Shown one piece after another: positions 20,626 through 32,229 of a DNA stretch of 64,000 nucleotides (the stretch's first letter is position 1; each line of letters starts with the position of its first letter). The stretch is from contig CDROCS010000410.1 in assembly GCA_977020255.1 (NCBI GenBank), forward strand, positions 434,001 to 498,000. The letters are read 5' to 3'. The notes under the pieces are model-generated. The model saw nothing but the letters and a program-made list of their open reading frames with translations, made no database searches and was not told the origin of the DNA. This stretch comes from Obrimoposthia wandeli (Eukaryota). The translations under genes and the position numbers were made by a program.

Positions 20626-20646
20626 ATGTGAATGGAATATGAACAG
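20626..20646 (-). promoter_or_regulatory. Tandem TorR boxes
   Basis: Minus strand CTGTTCATAT (20646-20637, exact tor-box consensus) then CCATTCACAT 11 nt later. Confidence 0.65.
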
Positions 20647-20757
20647 ATAATTAAGCGCCACCTACATTTACAAAGAAGCGCGTGAAAAATCGTTAAACAA
20701 ATTTCACATTAACATTTATAAACAACAACTTAAAATCAAACCATATTGTTTTAGGTA

Positions 20758-23691
20758 TTATTCCCGCTCAGAAAGTTGCTGCATATAATGTTGTAATTGG
20801 CAGGTAGAATCGTGAATTAATAAATCTAATGCGATTAATTCTGACTCAGATAACGCTGTAGTCTTACAAGATAGTTCAAGTTGCTGACAAAGTGTGTACA
20901 ACGCAGTTAATCCCAACCCGACAGCCGCACCTTTTAATTTATGCAGTAACTGTTCTTGCTGCTCTGCATCCAATGCAGCAAAGTCACTGTAATCCGATAA
21001 CGTCTGCTCACAAAATAGCTGACCCAACGCAATGATCTTATCTTTCCCTAAATATTGCAGGTCTTGCTCGAGTGTTGACGTGTCCAATAATGGAAAGCCT
21101 AATAATGGAGAGTCTAACAATGCAGAGCCTAGCCCCCTCTCATCATCAACAACCGCCGCAGATGGTTCATACTCATCGATACACACGACATTCGCCATTA
21201 CCTTATAGATAGCTCCTTTCAGGCGTTTCATTTGGACTGGTTTCGCAATAAAACCATCAAAGCCTGAATCAATGAACTTAGTAATATCGTCTTTAAATAC
21301 ATGAGCAGATACCGCAATGGTTTTTAATTGTCGCTGCTTACATTCGGCCATGTCTCGTAACTGTGCAGCCAGTACTACGCCATCAATATCCGGCAGGTTA
21401 ATATCCAACAAGGCTAAATCAACATCCTGATTCTCATACAGCTTAAGTGCTGAAGCACCATCACAAGCGGTATAAACATCATGACCTAGTTTTTTAACCA
21501 GTTCATATGCAACATCTCGATTAATTAGATTGTCTTCAACAATAAGAATGCGAAAGCGGTTTGTTGTCTCGACCACGGTTGACACGATTGCTAACTGTTC
21601 GTCAATCAAGCCTTGTGGTGCAGCTTCTAATGGCATAGTAAAGTAGAAACAACTCCCCTGCGCCTCAATACTGGTTAACGATAACGTTCCTTGAATAGCG
21701 GATACTAAGCGTCGACTAATAGCGAGCCCTAACCCAGTCCCAGCTGCGCAACTTGGGTTCTTGACTTGCGCAAAGGCTTCGAATATCTCTTCCTGTTTAT
21801 CTTGTGCAATACCACATCCGGTATCATGGATACTAAAACGAAGTTGCCCCTCTTCTTCAGCAATCACAAGTGAAACACTGCCTGAATGGGTAAATTTAAT
21901 CGCATTACTCACCAGGTTAAGAATAATTTGACGCAGTTTACCTAAGTCAGCAAGCACCCAAGTATCTCGTACAACATCAAGTTCAAAGGTTAACTGCAAG
22001 CCTTTGCTTTCCGCCCTCGCACGCATCAGTTCAATGACATTATGACCTAGGCTATCGAGGTTAACGGCACGTTTAGATACCTCAATATGACCGGCCTCAA
22101 TTTTAGAATAATCAAGAATATCATTGAGAATATCTAACAGGTCTTCACCCGATGTCAGAATTGTTTGCGTATACGCCTGTTGCTTGGTCGACAGCGAGGT
22201 ATCAGAGAGCAGTTCCAATGTCCCCAGCATACCACTCATGGGCGTTCGGATTTCGTGACTCATGTTCGCGAGGAATACCGACTTGGCATTATTAGCATCT
22301 TCCGCTTGTTTCTTGGCGACAGCATGACCAATGGATTCGCTATTCAGCTTCTTGTTAATCTGCATTAACTGCTCTGTTCTTTGCTTGACGAGCAACTCTA
22401 GGTTTTCTTTATGTAGGCGTAACTCTTTTTCAATTTTGATTTGCTCTTGTTCGAGCTTTTGCTTTTTCAGTGCATTGTCACGAAAGACATCCAACGCTAA
22501 TGCCATTTGTTTTAGCTCTAAATCATCCGACGGTTCGACATTAATTTCGAGATCGCCCTCAGCCAGCTTTTTAATCACTTGGGTATGCTTCGATAATTTA
22601 AATACAATACCTTGATATACAATTTTCCACATCACGCCAATGATCACAATTAATGACAGCAAGGTAACGAAAATAAGGATACGCTGCGACCAAGCAACCA
22701 ACTTTTGATGCTGCTGGCTAGTCTGCTGTGCTTGCAGCGTTTGTTCATCAACAAGGACGCGGATACCTTGGTTCAGTTCACTGAGTTGCGTGGAAATATA
22801 CAGGTGTAAAAGGTTCTGTTTTTCTTCTAATATGAGGTACTCACGTTGCTGAATAATCAGTACGTTAAAGGAATTCAAGCTTACTATTGCAGATTGAACC
22901 AACTCTAAACGGTAAGGGTCTTCGATTGAATCCACCAGCTGATTGATGATGTATAAGAGTTCATCTTTTTGCTGCGTTAATATAATAAGTTGAGTAGGCT
23001 GCGAAGTATTGATGATCAAGTTCGCAATTTTTCCCAGTTGTAAGCTGTACCTTTCCAAGGCGGTCATTTTATCTAATAAATTAAGATCTTCGTCAATAAC
23101 AAGATCTATGTCCTGATAGATAATAGCTTTATCAGTGTCCTGTTCAATTAAGTCATAAAGCCCACCGAGCCTCACTAGCGTAAAGGTACTTGCGTTAGCG
23201 ACTTGAGATTGTGACAATTGGAAAATATTATGTACACCCTCTGTGACCTGTTGAAACAATACTTGGCGTTGCTGTTTACCCTTAATTTGTAGCTTAGCAT
23301 TGTCATTTAGCTGGCGAATATTGTTAATAATACTTATTTTTTGGGCGACTAAGTGACGTACATTATTGCTGGCGAATTCAGATATATCAAAAGCCTGAAA
23401 CTTTTTACCAATGGCGCTATTTAACTGAGTCAGTTCAGCATTAATTTGTTGGCGTTCGGCATCATTCGAGGCATTTTTGAGCACGGTTGTACGGTTAGTT
23501 ATTTGTAAACTTATATTTGCTAACTCACGTGCGCTTGATAAAGTTGGTAAGGTTTGTTGGGTGATCTGCTTACCCGTATCAGCAATAAGGCTTAAACTAT
23601 ACCAAGACACAGTGCTGATAATAACCAATAAGCTGGCAACAAAGCTAAACGCAAACAATAGTTTGTTCCCAATACTTTGACGAAATCGCAC
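20758..23691 (-). CDS. torS: TMAO hybrid sensor kinase TorS
   Basis: Two TMs with periplasmic domain, HAMP, H-box [14 protein letters not shown], receiver LLDINLPD, HPt LHKLKGAA; next to torT/torR. Confidence 0.92.
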   Translation of the reverse strand: MRFRQSIGNKLLFAFSFVASLLVIISTVSWYSLSLIADTGKQITQQTLPTLSSARELANISLQITNRTTVLKNASNDAERQQINAELTQLNSAIGKKFQAFDISEFASNNVRHLVAQKISIINNIRQLNDNAKLQIKGKQQRQVLFQQVTEGVHNIFQLSQSQVANASTFTLVRLGGLYDLIEQDTDKAIIYQDIDLVIDEDLNLLDKMTALERYSLQLGKIANLIINTSQPTQLIILTQQKDELLYIINQLVDSIEDPYRLELVQSAIVSLNSFNVLIIQQREYLILEEKQNLLHLYISTQLSELNQGIRVLVDEQTLQAQQTSQQHQKLVAWSQRILIFVTLLSLIVIIGVMWKIVYQGIVFKLSKHTQVIKKLAEGDLEINVEPSDDLELKQMALALDVFRDNALKKQKLEQEQIKIEKELRLHKENLELLVKQRTEQLMQINKKLNSESIGHAVAKKQAEDANNAKSVFLANMSHEIRTPMSGMLGTLELLSDTSLSTKQQAYTQTILTSGEDLLDILNDILDYSKIEAGHIEVSKRAVNLDSLGHNVIELMRARAESKGLQLTFELDVVRDTWVLADLGKLRQIILNLVSNAIKFTHSGSVSLVIAEEEGQLRFSIHDTGCGIAQDKQEEIFEAFAQVKNPSCAAGTGLGLAISRRLVSAIQGTLSLTSIEAQGSCFYFTMPLEAAPQGLIDEQLAIVSTVVETTNRFRILIVEDNLINRDVAYELVKKLGHDVYTACDGASALKLYENQDVDLALLDINLPDIDGVVLAAQLRDMAECKQRQLKTIAVSAHVFKDDITKFIDSGFDGFIAKPVQMKRLKGAIYKVMANVVCIDEYEPSAAVVDDERGLGSALLDSPLLGFPLLDTSTLEQDLQYLGKDKIIALGQLFCEQTLSDYSDFAALDAEQQEQLLHKLKGAAVGLGLTALYTLCQQLELSCKTTALSESELIALDLLIHDSTCQLQHYMQQLSERE

Positions 23692-23812
23692 GGTAATCTC
23701 CTATGACTATTTTTAGTATTATTAAAATCGTAATCACAACAAGTACAAAAATAGCGTCGGTGATAGACTACGGCAACGAGCAAATATAACTTATCGACTG
23801 GTATCATTTATT

Positions 23813-24880
23813 GTGAAATATATTATTAAATCTTTGTTTTTATTCATGACGTTACTGTTCATTACATTACGATTCAGCTTACCCGCGTGGGCAACAGATA
23901 ACGAGCCATTAGATGCTATTCCGCCTCAAAGCATTACTCAAGATATTGCTCAAAATATGATTCAAGGTAAGCTGCGACTTTGTGCCGTCTATCCCCACCT
24001 TAAAGACTCATACTGGCTAAGTATCAATTTTGGCATGACTGAGCGTGCAAAACAAAGAGGTATATCATTAAAAGTGCTGGAAGCAGGTGGTTATCAAAAT
24101 AGTCACGAGCAATGGGCACAAATTCAACAATGCCTGACGTGGCAAGCCGATGCGATATTAGTCGGTGCCGTTTACTATGATCAACTCAGTGCCAAACTCA
24201 CCACACTCAACAAAACAGTGCCTTTGTTTGGTCTAGTCAATGAAATATCCACACCGAATCTCACCGCTAGTACAGGCATTTCTTGGTACAAGATGGGGGA
24301 AGAACTCGGACATTACTTGAGTCGTAAACACCCAAAAACAGCCAACAACACCAAGTTAAAACTAGCTTGGCTTCCCGGCCCTAAATCGGGTGGTGGCAGC
24401 GAGCAAGCAACATTAGGACTAAAAAATGCATTGAAAGACAGCGACGTTGAGATCGTCTCCATTAAATACGGCCTTAATAACAAGATGCATCAGTTTTCAC
24501 TCATTAACGAAACCCTCGCTGAATTTTCAGACGGTGAACTCGACTATCTTGCGGGAAACGCGATAATGGCTGAGATGGCAATCAATGAACTGGGAAAATT
24601 AGAACAAGACAAGCGTCCGCAAATTGTCAGTCATTACCTCAGTCACGGTGTGTATCGAGGTATCAAACGTGGCAAGATCCTAATGGCCAATTCAGATCAG
24701 ATGGTATTACAAGGCGCGATGGCGATAGATCAAGCTGTTGACTACTTATTAAATAAACCCTATGTATTGCATCAAGGGCCTGAAATACTCACAGTCACCC
24801 AAGATTTGTTGTCCGAATTTCCGACAGCACAATCGTTATCACCGAGTAATTTTAAACCTATTTATTCTGTGACACCTTAA
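23813..24880 (+). CDS. torT: Periplasmic TMAO-binding protein TorT
   Basis: LCAVYPHLKDSYWLSINFGM, LEAGGY, SHYLSHGVYRG. Confidence 0.93.
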   Translation: MKYIIKSLFLFMTLLFITLRFSLPAWATDNEPLDAIPPQSITQDIAQNMIQGKLRLCAVYPHLKDSYWLSINFGMTERAKQRGISLKVLEAGGYQNSHEQWAQIQQCLTWQADAILVGAVYYDQLSAKLTTLNKTVPLFGLVNEISTPNLTASTGISWYKMGEELGHYLSRKHPKTANNTKLKLAWLPGPKSGGGSEQATLGLKNALKDSDVEIVSIKYGLNNKMHQFSLINETLAEFSDGELDYLAGNAIMAEMAINELGKLEQDKRPQIVSHYLSHGVYRGIKRGKILMANSDQMVLQGAMAIDQAVDYLLNKPYVLHQGPEILTVTQDLLSEFPTAQSLSPSNFKPIYSVTP

Positions 24881-24904
24881 GTTAATGGGCTTTTATGACT
24901 GCTT

Positions 24905-25636
24905 TTATGACAGCTCTGCTGCAAATAAATAACCTTCGCCATGCACGGTAACAAAATAGGCTGGGTTTTTAGGGTCCGATTCTATTTTGTTACGCAAGCG
25001 ACGTACTAATACATCTATCGTGCGATCATTCGGTGCTTCAACCCGATGGTTGATTAAATTAAGTAATCGATCTCGAGATAAAACTCGTTCAGGATGTGTA
25101 ATGAAAGCCACCAGCATTTCAAATTCAGCTTTGGTTAACTTAACCTGCTCACCGAATCGGCACAGCTTGCGTTTAGCTATGTCAAAAGTACAGTCACCAA
25201 AATGAAATAGTTCATCATTTTCGGCGCTTTTAATCGCATGTGCTAATTCATTGTTTGCTTGAGTTGTTAACGAAATACGCCACAGTAAATTCTTTACTCG
25301 TACTAACAACTCACGAAATTCAAATGGCTTGGTGACATAGTCATCTGCGCCCATTTCTAGACCGACAATTCTATCAATCGCATCTGTGCGTCCAGTCACT
25401 AAGATAATACCGATATTTGATTGGCTACGCAGCGTCCGAGTGATCATCAAGCCATCTTCATCGGGCAAGTTAATATCGAGCATCACAAGATCGATGTGAT
25501 GATTATTGAGTACGATATTCATTTCGGCCTTACTCGCAGCCTCACTCACTTGGTAACCCTCATGCTGAAAGTAACCAACAAGCTTAGCACGGGTTATTGC
25601 TTCGTCCTCAACAACCAGAATATGCTTATTTTTCAA
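24905..25636 (-). CDS. torR: Response regulator TorR
   Basis: HILVVEDE, LDINLPDEDG, DRIVGLEMGADDY, winged-helix RTIDVLVRRLR. Confidence 0.92.
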   Translation of the reverse strand: MKNKHILVVEDEAITRAKLVGYFQHEGYQVSEAASKAEMNIVLNNHHIDLVMLDINLPDEDGLMITRTLRSQSNIGIILVTGRTDAIDRIVGLEMGADDYVTKPFEFRELLVRVKNLLWRISLTTQANNELAHAIKSAENDELFHFGDCTFDIAKRKLCRFGEQVKLTKAEFEMLVAFITHPERVLSRDRLLNLINHRVEAPNDRTIDVLVRRLRNKIESDPKNPAYFVTVHGEGYLFAAELS

Positions 25637-25776
25637 ATTAAATTCCTTAACAACTCTCTACTAGCTAGCGAAATGACAATAGAGCATTAATCGCCAACTT
25701 TTGCAATTGATGTTAGCTAGAGCCGTTTATAAAAAGCGCTAATTGCCCACGTTAGGAGTTAAGTTGAATAAGTATT

Positions 25777-27105
25777 TTACGTAGCAATTGGCGAATTTGA
25801 TGATTGTGCGGTTAAAAAGGGCAGCAGTAATAAACCCACCCCCCCTGCAGCGCAGGAGATAACCGTAAAAAAGCCATTCCAATGATACTGCTCCATTATC
25901 AGGGCTAAGGGATAACCAGCCAACGCTGCCCCCATGTAAGCAAATAATCCGACGAAACCAGTCGCAGCTCCCACTGAATCTTTATGTGAGCATTCAGCCG
26001 CCGCCATACCTATTAGCATCTGCGGCCCAAATACAAAAAAGCCAATCGCAAAAAAGCAGGCAGCTTGGAGCACAAAATTTATCATCGGCATTAACCATAA
26101 AGCAGCAACAGCTAAAAATAGCCCGAGGGAAAATATTAGATTCATGGGTCCTCGATTCCCACCAAAAATCTTATCAGACCCCCAACCAGCGACCAATGAC
26201 CCAATAAAACCACCGATTTCAAATAGCGATAAAGCGCTGTTAGCTGTAATTAAGCTGTAATGATACTGTTCGGTAAGATATAAGTTGCCCCAGTCGTTAA
26301 TAGCTGTACGGACAATATAAACAAGTACATAACTGCAAGCTAGCAACCATATGTATTTATTATTTAAGACGTATTTTTTCAGTATTTGCTTGTAATAAAG
26401 TCCCTGCCCTTCATTTTCATGGCTAAGTTCGAGCGTGTCATTACGCCAATATCCTACAGTCGGTAGCCCCATAGACTCGGGTTTATCTCGTAACCGCCAA
26501 CAGATAAACAACCCGACCACCACCGCCAATATACCAGGGATAATAAAACCGTAACGCCAATTATAATGCAAGGTAACAAAACCAACTAACAACGGGATCA
26601 ATGCCCCGCCTACATTATGCGCAGTATTCCATAGCGACCACCAGAAACCGCGTTCCGAACGAGAATACCAAGTAGTAAGCAGCTTTGAACAGGAAGGCCA
26701 GCCCCAGCCTTGAAATAAAGCGTTAAGCATCCATAATGCAGTCAACATCAGTACACTGCTTGAAAAACCGAACAAAATGTTAATAATACCAGTCATTATC
26801 AGGCCTAATCCCATAAAATAACGCGGGTTAGAACGATCTGAAACAATACCAGAAAAGAATTTCGAGAAGCCGTAAGTAATATAAAATAGCGTGCCCATCA
26901 TACCTATATCAGCTTTATCTAAACCAAGATCTACGATCATCGCTGGCATTGCATAGTTAAAGCTTTTACGCGTAAAGTAAAACATCGCATAGCCAATATA
27001 CATAGTAAACATTATATGCACGCGCCAGTATTTATACAGTGCATCAACCTGTTTAGGATCATCAACCTGCGGGCTATTTGACTCTGATTTTAAAAAATGG
27101 ATCAT
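25777..27105 (-). CDS. uhpC: Hexose-phosphate sensor/MFS protein UhpC
   Basis: YFTRKSFN, WYSRSERG, FVFGPQMLIGMAAAE. Confidence 0.93.
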   Translation of the reverse strand: MIHFLKSESNSPQVDDPKQVDALYKYWRVHIMFTMYIGYAMFYFTRKSFNYAMPAMIVDLGLDKADIGMMGTLFYITYGFSKFFSGIVSDRSNPRYFMGLGLIMTGIINILFGFSSSVLMLTALWMLNALFQGWGWPSCSKLLTTWYSRSERGFWWSLWNTAHNVGGALIPLLVGFVTLHYNWRYGFIIPGILAVVVGLFICWRLRDKPESMGLPTVGYWRNDTLELSHENEGQGLYYKQILKKYVLNNKYIWLLACSYVLVYIVRTAINDWGNLYLTEQYHYSLITANSALSLFEIGGFIGSLVAGWGSDKIFGGNRGPMNLIFSLGLFLAVAALWLMPMINFVLQAACFFAIGFFVFGPQMLIGMAAAECSHKDSVGAATGFVGLFAYMGAALAGYPLALIMEQYHWNGFFTVISCAAGGVGLLLLPFLTAQSSNSPIAT

Positions 27106-27147
27106 CGCTTAAAGTCTTTCATTATTAATAAATAGATAACGGCGGTT

Positions 27148-28659
27148 TTACAGGATCGGTAAAATCACCTTCAATTCGGTTCCGGGTTGTTGGCTATCAG
27201 ACTGCGTTGTTAATATGAATTTTCCACCCAGTACTTGTACCCGCTCGCTAATGCCGCGTAAACCCAATCCGGTTAAAGTATCTTCCGGTTTAAATCCAAT
27301 GCCGTTATCTTTAACTGTCAGGTGAGCTTCCTCCTGAAATGTTAACGTGATAGTTGCTTCGGTAGCTTGCGCATATTTGACCATATTATTTAACGCTTCC
27401 TGGCAGATCCGGTACAGAGTGATATTCGTGGCATCGCTAAGTTCGGTATTCACTGGTTCCGGTTCATTCCAAATAATGGTAGTTTTTATCCCGTTAGCTT
27501 CACATTCTAACTCGCGTACAAGCTCCTGAACTGCTTGCTTAAGGCCGAGATCATCTAAGGTTTTTGGGCGCAAACGAGTTAGTAGGTCTTTAGTGGTATC
27601 GTAAATATTAAGGGATAACGTTTCAATCGTTGTAGCGCAGCGTTCCCCCACCAGCGTATTTTCAACACGCTTGATGATACTCGCTTGAGTACGGATCGCT
27701 GTAATGTTTTGGCCAATTTCATCGTGTAATTCTCTGGCAATATCACGGCGCACTGATTCTTCTGCTTTAATAAGCTCTCGGGATAAACTGTGATTCCGAT
27801 CTAACTCGTGACGTAGTTGTTGATTCAGTTCCCGCTGGCGCTGAATACCCATCCCTAATAATATACCAGTCAAGCTTTGTGCCAAAAGAGACAGCAGCAG
27901 ATCTGTGATTTCCATATGACTAGTACCGTTACGCGCGGCAATTAATGCGATGCTGTTAAGCAAGGTGCCGAGCAGCGCCCCCTTCCAGCCGTAGCGAAAC
28001 GCCAACACTATGATAGGAATGGCTAAACAAAAAGGGGCAAAACGACGCAATTCATCCGGTAGACCGAGCTGCACAATAATATTAAGTGCAAATAGCAGCA
28101 TATAAAAAATAATATGACGACTGCGCAGTTCCACGGGTTTGGCGATTAACTCGGCCGTTAACGGGGTCCAAACATTTTGGAACAAATAACTCCATAATAA
28201 ATAGCAAGTTGGAACCAGCATTAAACCACCCGTAACGCTGACTAAAAACACCATACCAACAGAATCGACCCAAAATCCTAGTATCAAGGTATTCAACAAA
28301 GCAGCAATTAATATCACAGCTCCCATCCCGCTTAACCTGCGTAACTGCGAACCATAATAATATTGTTGCGCCCACCACACTAAAGGAATACTACAGATAC
28401 TAGCAACGATAACCGCGAACCACTGCGGTTGCTCAAGTAAGAGCGCTAATGACACCATTAACCATAATTCTGCGCTGTATATTGCAGGCCAAAATCGTTT
28501 AGCTGCATGCAAAGAGATACCAAGACGAAGCGCAAAGGGAAAAAATAAAATAGCCAATTCTGGCTCAGAAATAAAAGAATAAGACAACACCCACAAACAG
28601 AACCAACTGCACGATACCAGCAGCCAAGTGCATAATGATGTTACCCAAATATTAGGCAT
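27148..28659 (-). CDS. uhpB: Sensor histidine kinase UhpB
   Basis: MASE1-like TM region, IARELHDEIGQ, RICQEALNN, DNGIGF, GLGLRG. Confidence 0.93.
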   Translation of the reverse strand: MPNIWVTSLCTWLLVSCSWFCLWVLSYSFISEPELAILFFPFALRLGISLHAAKRFWPAIYSAELWLMVSLALLLEQPQWFAVIVASICSIPLVWWAQQYYYGSQLRRLSGMGAVILIAALLNTLILGFWVDSVGMVFLVSVTGGLMLVPTCYLLWSYLFQNVWTPLTAELIAKPVELRSRHIIFYMLLFALNIIVQLGLPDELRRFAPFCLAIPIIVLAFRYGWKGALLGTLLNSIALIAARNGTSHMEITDLLLSLLAQSLTGILLGMGIQRQRELNQQLRHELDRNHSLSRELIKAEESVRRDIARELHDEIGQNITAIRTQASIIKRVENTLVGERCATTIETLSLNIYDTTKDLLTRLRPKTLDDLGLKQAVQELVRELECEANGIKTTIIWNEPEPVNTELSDATNITLYRICQEALNNMVKYAQATEATITLTFQEEAHLTVKDNGIGFKPEDTLTGLGLRGISERVQVLGGKFILTTQSDSQQPGTELKVILPIL

Positions 28660-29268
28660 CTATAGCGTTTCACAAGCAAAGTGTCTTGCCAATTCAACAT
28701 TGTTTTTGACGTTAAGCTTATCCATGGCATTAGCACGATGTACGTGCACCGTTTTATGGCTTAAACCAAGACGCGCCGCCGCTGTTTTTACATCCAAGCC
28801 TTGGGCCAACATTTCTCCGACTTGATGCTCACGCTTGGTCAGTTGAGTGATTGATTTTCTTCCACGGTCTGGTTTCACTAGCTGCATAGTTATATCCGGA
28901 GTTAAATAACAACCACCACTGGACACAGTGCGCACAGCCTGTACTAGTTCATCAGGGCTACAGCGCTTAGTTAAATAACCGCGTGCTCCCAGCTCCAACG
29001 CTTTTTCTACAATAGCAACAGAATCGTGCACGCTAAGCATTATGCAGGACACGCCCTTAGGTAGATCGGCTAATAAGGAAAGGCCACTCTCATTGGGCAT
29101 GGAAATATCAATAATACATACGTCCGCATTCAGGCCAGGTAGACCGTTACGCGCTTCTGCTGCAGAGCTGAACTCTCCGCTAATCTCGATATCGGTTTCC
29201 AGTGACAGCAGCTGTGCAAATCCAGAACGCACAATGACGTGATCATCAACAAGGGCGACTTTGATCAT
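28660..29268 (-). CDS. uhpA: Response regulator UhpA
   Basis: [30 protein letters not shown], Lux[16 protein letters not shown]. Confidence 0.95.
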   Translation of the reverse strand: MIKVALVDDHVIVRSGFAQLLSLETDIEISGEFSSAAEARNGLPGLNADVCIIDISMPNESGLSLLADLPKGVSCIMLSVHDSVAIVEKALELGARGYLTKRCSPDELVQAVRTVSSGGCYLTPDITMQLVKPDRGRKSITQLTKREHQVGEMLAQGLDVKTAAARLGLSHKTVHVHRANAMDKLNVKNNVELARHFACETL

Positions 29269-29352
29269 ATTGATATATCCAAAGAAAATGATAAAAACGT
29301 AAATTACCCCTATACAACCACGTAAGCAATAGCAGAGAGGTAAACTGAATGA

Positions 29353-30759
29353 TTAAACAGCATCACCTGCCGCTAACATATCGCGATGTATACGTTTTTC
29401 ATGGCGGATCTTCTTCTCTTCAGCAATTGCAACAAACAGTAGTAAAACAATACAAGCAACAGCCGAAGCATCTAATGCGGCAAATGTACCAGCCCAACCA
29501 GTAAGACCGAAGATAGGAGTGCCATCGGCAATCATACCTAGCCCTAGTTTGGCAAAACTATCACCGATAAGGTAAGCAAATGTACCTTTCACACCATCGG
29601 CTACGCTGATTGCTTTTTTCGGCACAAAACCAACAGCAGCAACACCAATTAGCAACTGCGGACCAAATACCAAGAAACCAAGTACAAACAGTGAACCCAG
29701 GTACATATATTCATTGGCTGCAGTTCGGTAAAATTCTAAAGCAAAAATAATGAGGACTAAAGATACACAAGCAACAATCGCGCGACGGCCGTTAGCGAGG
29801 TCAGAAAGATAACCCCACATCAATGTGCCTACTAGCGCCCCGACCTCAAACAAGGTAAAACCGGTAATAGCAACTTCTTTAGAAAGACCAAGTTCTTGGA
29901 ATGCATATACCGTAGACCACTGATCGATACCAATACGCACGATATACAGGAAGATATTCGCAAAACATAATAGCCAAATCACTTTGTTTTTCAGTACGTA
30001 TTTAACGAATATTTCACGTTTAGTCATCTGATTTTCTTCAGCTTCAATATCTTCAGCGCTGATTTCTTCATCAAATAGTTCTTCAACTGTACCTAAACCG
30101 TAAGCTTCTGGAGAATCATTACCGTAACGTAGGCCAATAAAACCAATCACGATGGCAATGATAGACGGGAAGATAAACATACCAATAACGTGACCACCAA
30201 ATAGGTAGTTAGAGCCGAATAGTGCAACACCCGCTGCAGCCGCCCCACCAACGTTGTGTGACATGTTCCATAAACCCAAATAAGAGCCGCGTTTGTTACG
30301 TGGCGTCCATTTAGTAATGGTTGAATAACTTGACGGTCCACCAGTACTTTGAAAGAAACCGCTTAAACCATAAAAAGCCATCATTAAGAATAAGCTGACA
30401 CCTGAACCGCCCATGCTAACACTGAAACCTATCATGGCAATACCGGATAAGATCAACATAAATGGTAAAAACTGTTTAGTATTTTTACCGTCAGCATAAT
30501 AGGAAACCACTGTTTTCCCAATACCGTAAGTGATAGAAAAGCCCAGACCGATCATACCCAGCTCAGTCATTGATAAACCATAAGTCGTGATCATGTCATT
30601 TTGAGCAATGTTAAAATTCTTGCGAATTAAGTACATAGCCATGTAACCGATAAACACCACTAGGTATGACTGAATGAATGGTTTGAACCACATTTTACGA
30701 CGTTCTTCGACGGGCAGATTAAGGGTCGGTTTTCTGACCTGGTCTAACAGCTTAAACAT
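29353..30759 (-). CDS. uhpT: Hexose-6-phosphate:phosphate antiporter UhpT
   Basis: [41 protein letters not shown]. Confidence 0.95.
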   Translation of the reverse strand: MFKLLDQVRKPTLNLPVEERRKMWFKPFIQSYLVVFIGYMAMYLIRKNFNIAQNDMITTYGLSMTELGMIGLGFSITYGIGKTVVSYYADGKNTKQFLPFMLILSGIAMIGFSVSMGGSGVSLFLMMAFYGLSGFFQSTGGPSSYSTITKWTPRNKRGSYLGLWNMSHNVGGAAAAGVALFGSNYLFGGHVIGMFIFPSIIAIVIGFIGLRYGNDSPEAYGLGTVEELFDEEISAEDIEAEENQMTKREIFVKYVLKNKVIWLLCFANIFLYIVRIGIDQWSTVYAFQELGLSKEVAITGFTLFEVGALVGTLMWGYLSDLANGRRAIVACVSLVLIIFALEFYRTAANEYMYLGSLFVLGFLVFGPQLLIGVAAVGFVPKKAISVADGVKGTFAYLIGDSFAKLGLGMIADGTPIFGLTGWAGTFAALDASAVACIVLLLFVAIAEEKKIRHEKRIHRDMLAAGDAV

Positions 30760-30866
30760 ATGAAATCCTCAATAGGTTTATTAGATGCATGTTTATCGAA
30801 AGCTGCTCATGATTGCACTCGATAAACGGAGACCGGTTGAGTTTCGTTCAACCAGATATGCCACAA

Positions 30867-30931
30867 AGTTTAAAGGGTTAATGTTGCAGAGGCTTGAGAA
30901 GCCGGCTTATTGCTATTAGGAAAAATTCCTA
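30867..30931 (-). promoter_or_regulatory. UhpA-dependent promoter of uhpT
   Basis: TAGGAA-AAA-TTCCTA palindrome (30917-30931), TTCTCAAGCC, then 18 nt to the -10 TAAACT (30872-30867). Confidence 0.7.
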
Positions 30932-30955
30932 GCTTTAGTCTTTCTGTTTCAGAAC

Positions 30956-30971
30956 TGTGGTCAAGATCATG
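30956..30971. promoter_or_regulatory. CRP site upstream of uhpT
   Basis: TGTGG-N6-TCATG centred about 103.5 nt upstream of the predicted start, the CRP position known for E. coli uhpT. Confidence 0.55.
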
Positions 30972-30989
30972 TTTTCCAAACCGCAGGAG

Positions 30990-32186
30990 TTAACAGTAAG
31001 CTCTTGCCAGTGTACCGCTAGTGCTGATACAGAATTCTTGTGCATATGCTGGGATAAACACGGCTTGGCCTTTATTAAAGACCATCTCTTCACCAGAGCT
31101 ATGCTCTAACGATACCGAGGCGTCAAGGGCAAATAGTATTTCAGCTGTATCAACTTTAAGTGGTTTTTTTTGCGGTCGTTTATAAACTGAAAAGCAGAAA
31201 TCAGCCACTGGTACCTGATAGTGCTCACTGTTATGATCGATAACTGGATCTAGGCATAATGTCTCGTACTTAAGCGCTTTAAAACTGGTTTTATCGATAA
31301 GTTCAGCGATATCTATATATTTAGGGGTTAAGCCCGCACGTAGTACATTATCTGAGTTAGCCATTATCTCTAATGCCGTACCGTGAATATAAGCGTGAGG
31401 AGTACCAGCATCTAAAAACATTGCTTGACCCGGTTGCAGAGTCACCGTGTGCAAAAATAATGGTGAAAATAGGCCTATGTCTTCTGGGTACTGGTCTTTT
31501 AGCTGCCGAATTAACTGAAAACGCGTGCCAATCTGCTGCTCTGCATAATGCAATAGATTCGCTACAGCCCGGTCTTTCTGTGTTCCTTTCTGGCTTAATA
31601 CCGAGGAAAAAAATTGTGCCAATCCCAGCTCAGATAAGTCGGCTTTAAAAATGTGAAGCGCGGTATTTAAACTGCTGCTATCTAAAGTGGTAAAGTCATC
31701 AGCTATCGCTTGTAGGTCTCTAAAACCGTTCATAGCCTGATACTCAGTTAACGCAAATACTAGTTCTGGTTTATGATTTGCATCGCGATAATTACGGTTA
31801 GGATCGTTTTGAGCAATACCTGATTTCTGCTCCAAAGCAAAACCAGTTTCTGCCTGTTGTTTATTCGGATGTACTTGTACTGACAACGCTTTTTCGGCTG
31901 CTAATACTTTAAACAAAAAAGGCATCGCTTTAAAAGCTGCAGACCGACCTAGAATAGCCTCAATATCTGAAGCTATAAAATCAGAAAGAAAAATTTCATG
32001 ATCACCTTGGTGGATCTTGGAACAGCCGTTAGGGTGATCACCCATCCACATCTCTGCCTGTGGTAGCTGCTGGGGATTAGCCGTATCAAAAAGTTCTGTC
32101 ATTGAATCAGTGCTTCCCCAAGCGTAATTTTGAATTGTATTGTTCATTAGAAAGAAGTTTGATTGCGGGTGTTTCATGAGGTTCAC
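30990..32186 (-). CDS. manA: Mannose-6-phosphate isomerase, class I
   Basis: IQNYAWGS, AEMWMGDHP, PFLFKVLAAEKALSVQVHP, NHKPEL, EIMANSDNVLRAGLTPK. Confidence 0.95.
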   Translation of the reverse strand: MNLMKHPQSNFFLMNNTIQNYAWGSTDSMTELFDTANPQQLPQAEMWMGDHPNGCSKIHQGDHEIFLSDFIASDIEAILGRSAAFKAMPFLFKVLAAEKALSVQVHPNKQQAETGFALEQKSGIAQNDPNRNYRDANHKPELVFALTEYQAMNGFRDLQAIADDFTTLDSSSLNTALHIFKADLSELGLAQFFSSVLSQKGTQKDRAVANLLHYAEQQIGTRFQLIRQLKDQYPEDIGLFSPLFLHTVTLQPGQAMFLDAGTPHAYIHGTALEIMANSDNVLRAGLTPKYIDIAELIDKTSFKALKYETLCLDPVIDHNSEHYQVPVADFCFSVYKRPQKKPLKVDTAEILFALDASVSLEHSSGEEMVFNKGQAVFIPAYAQEFCISTSGTLARAYC

Positions 32187-32229
32187 GGCCTTAGCTGCGC
32201 AGATGCAGATAGTTGATCAGGAACGTGAA

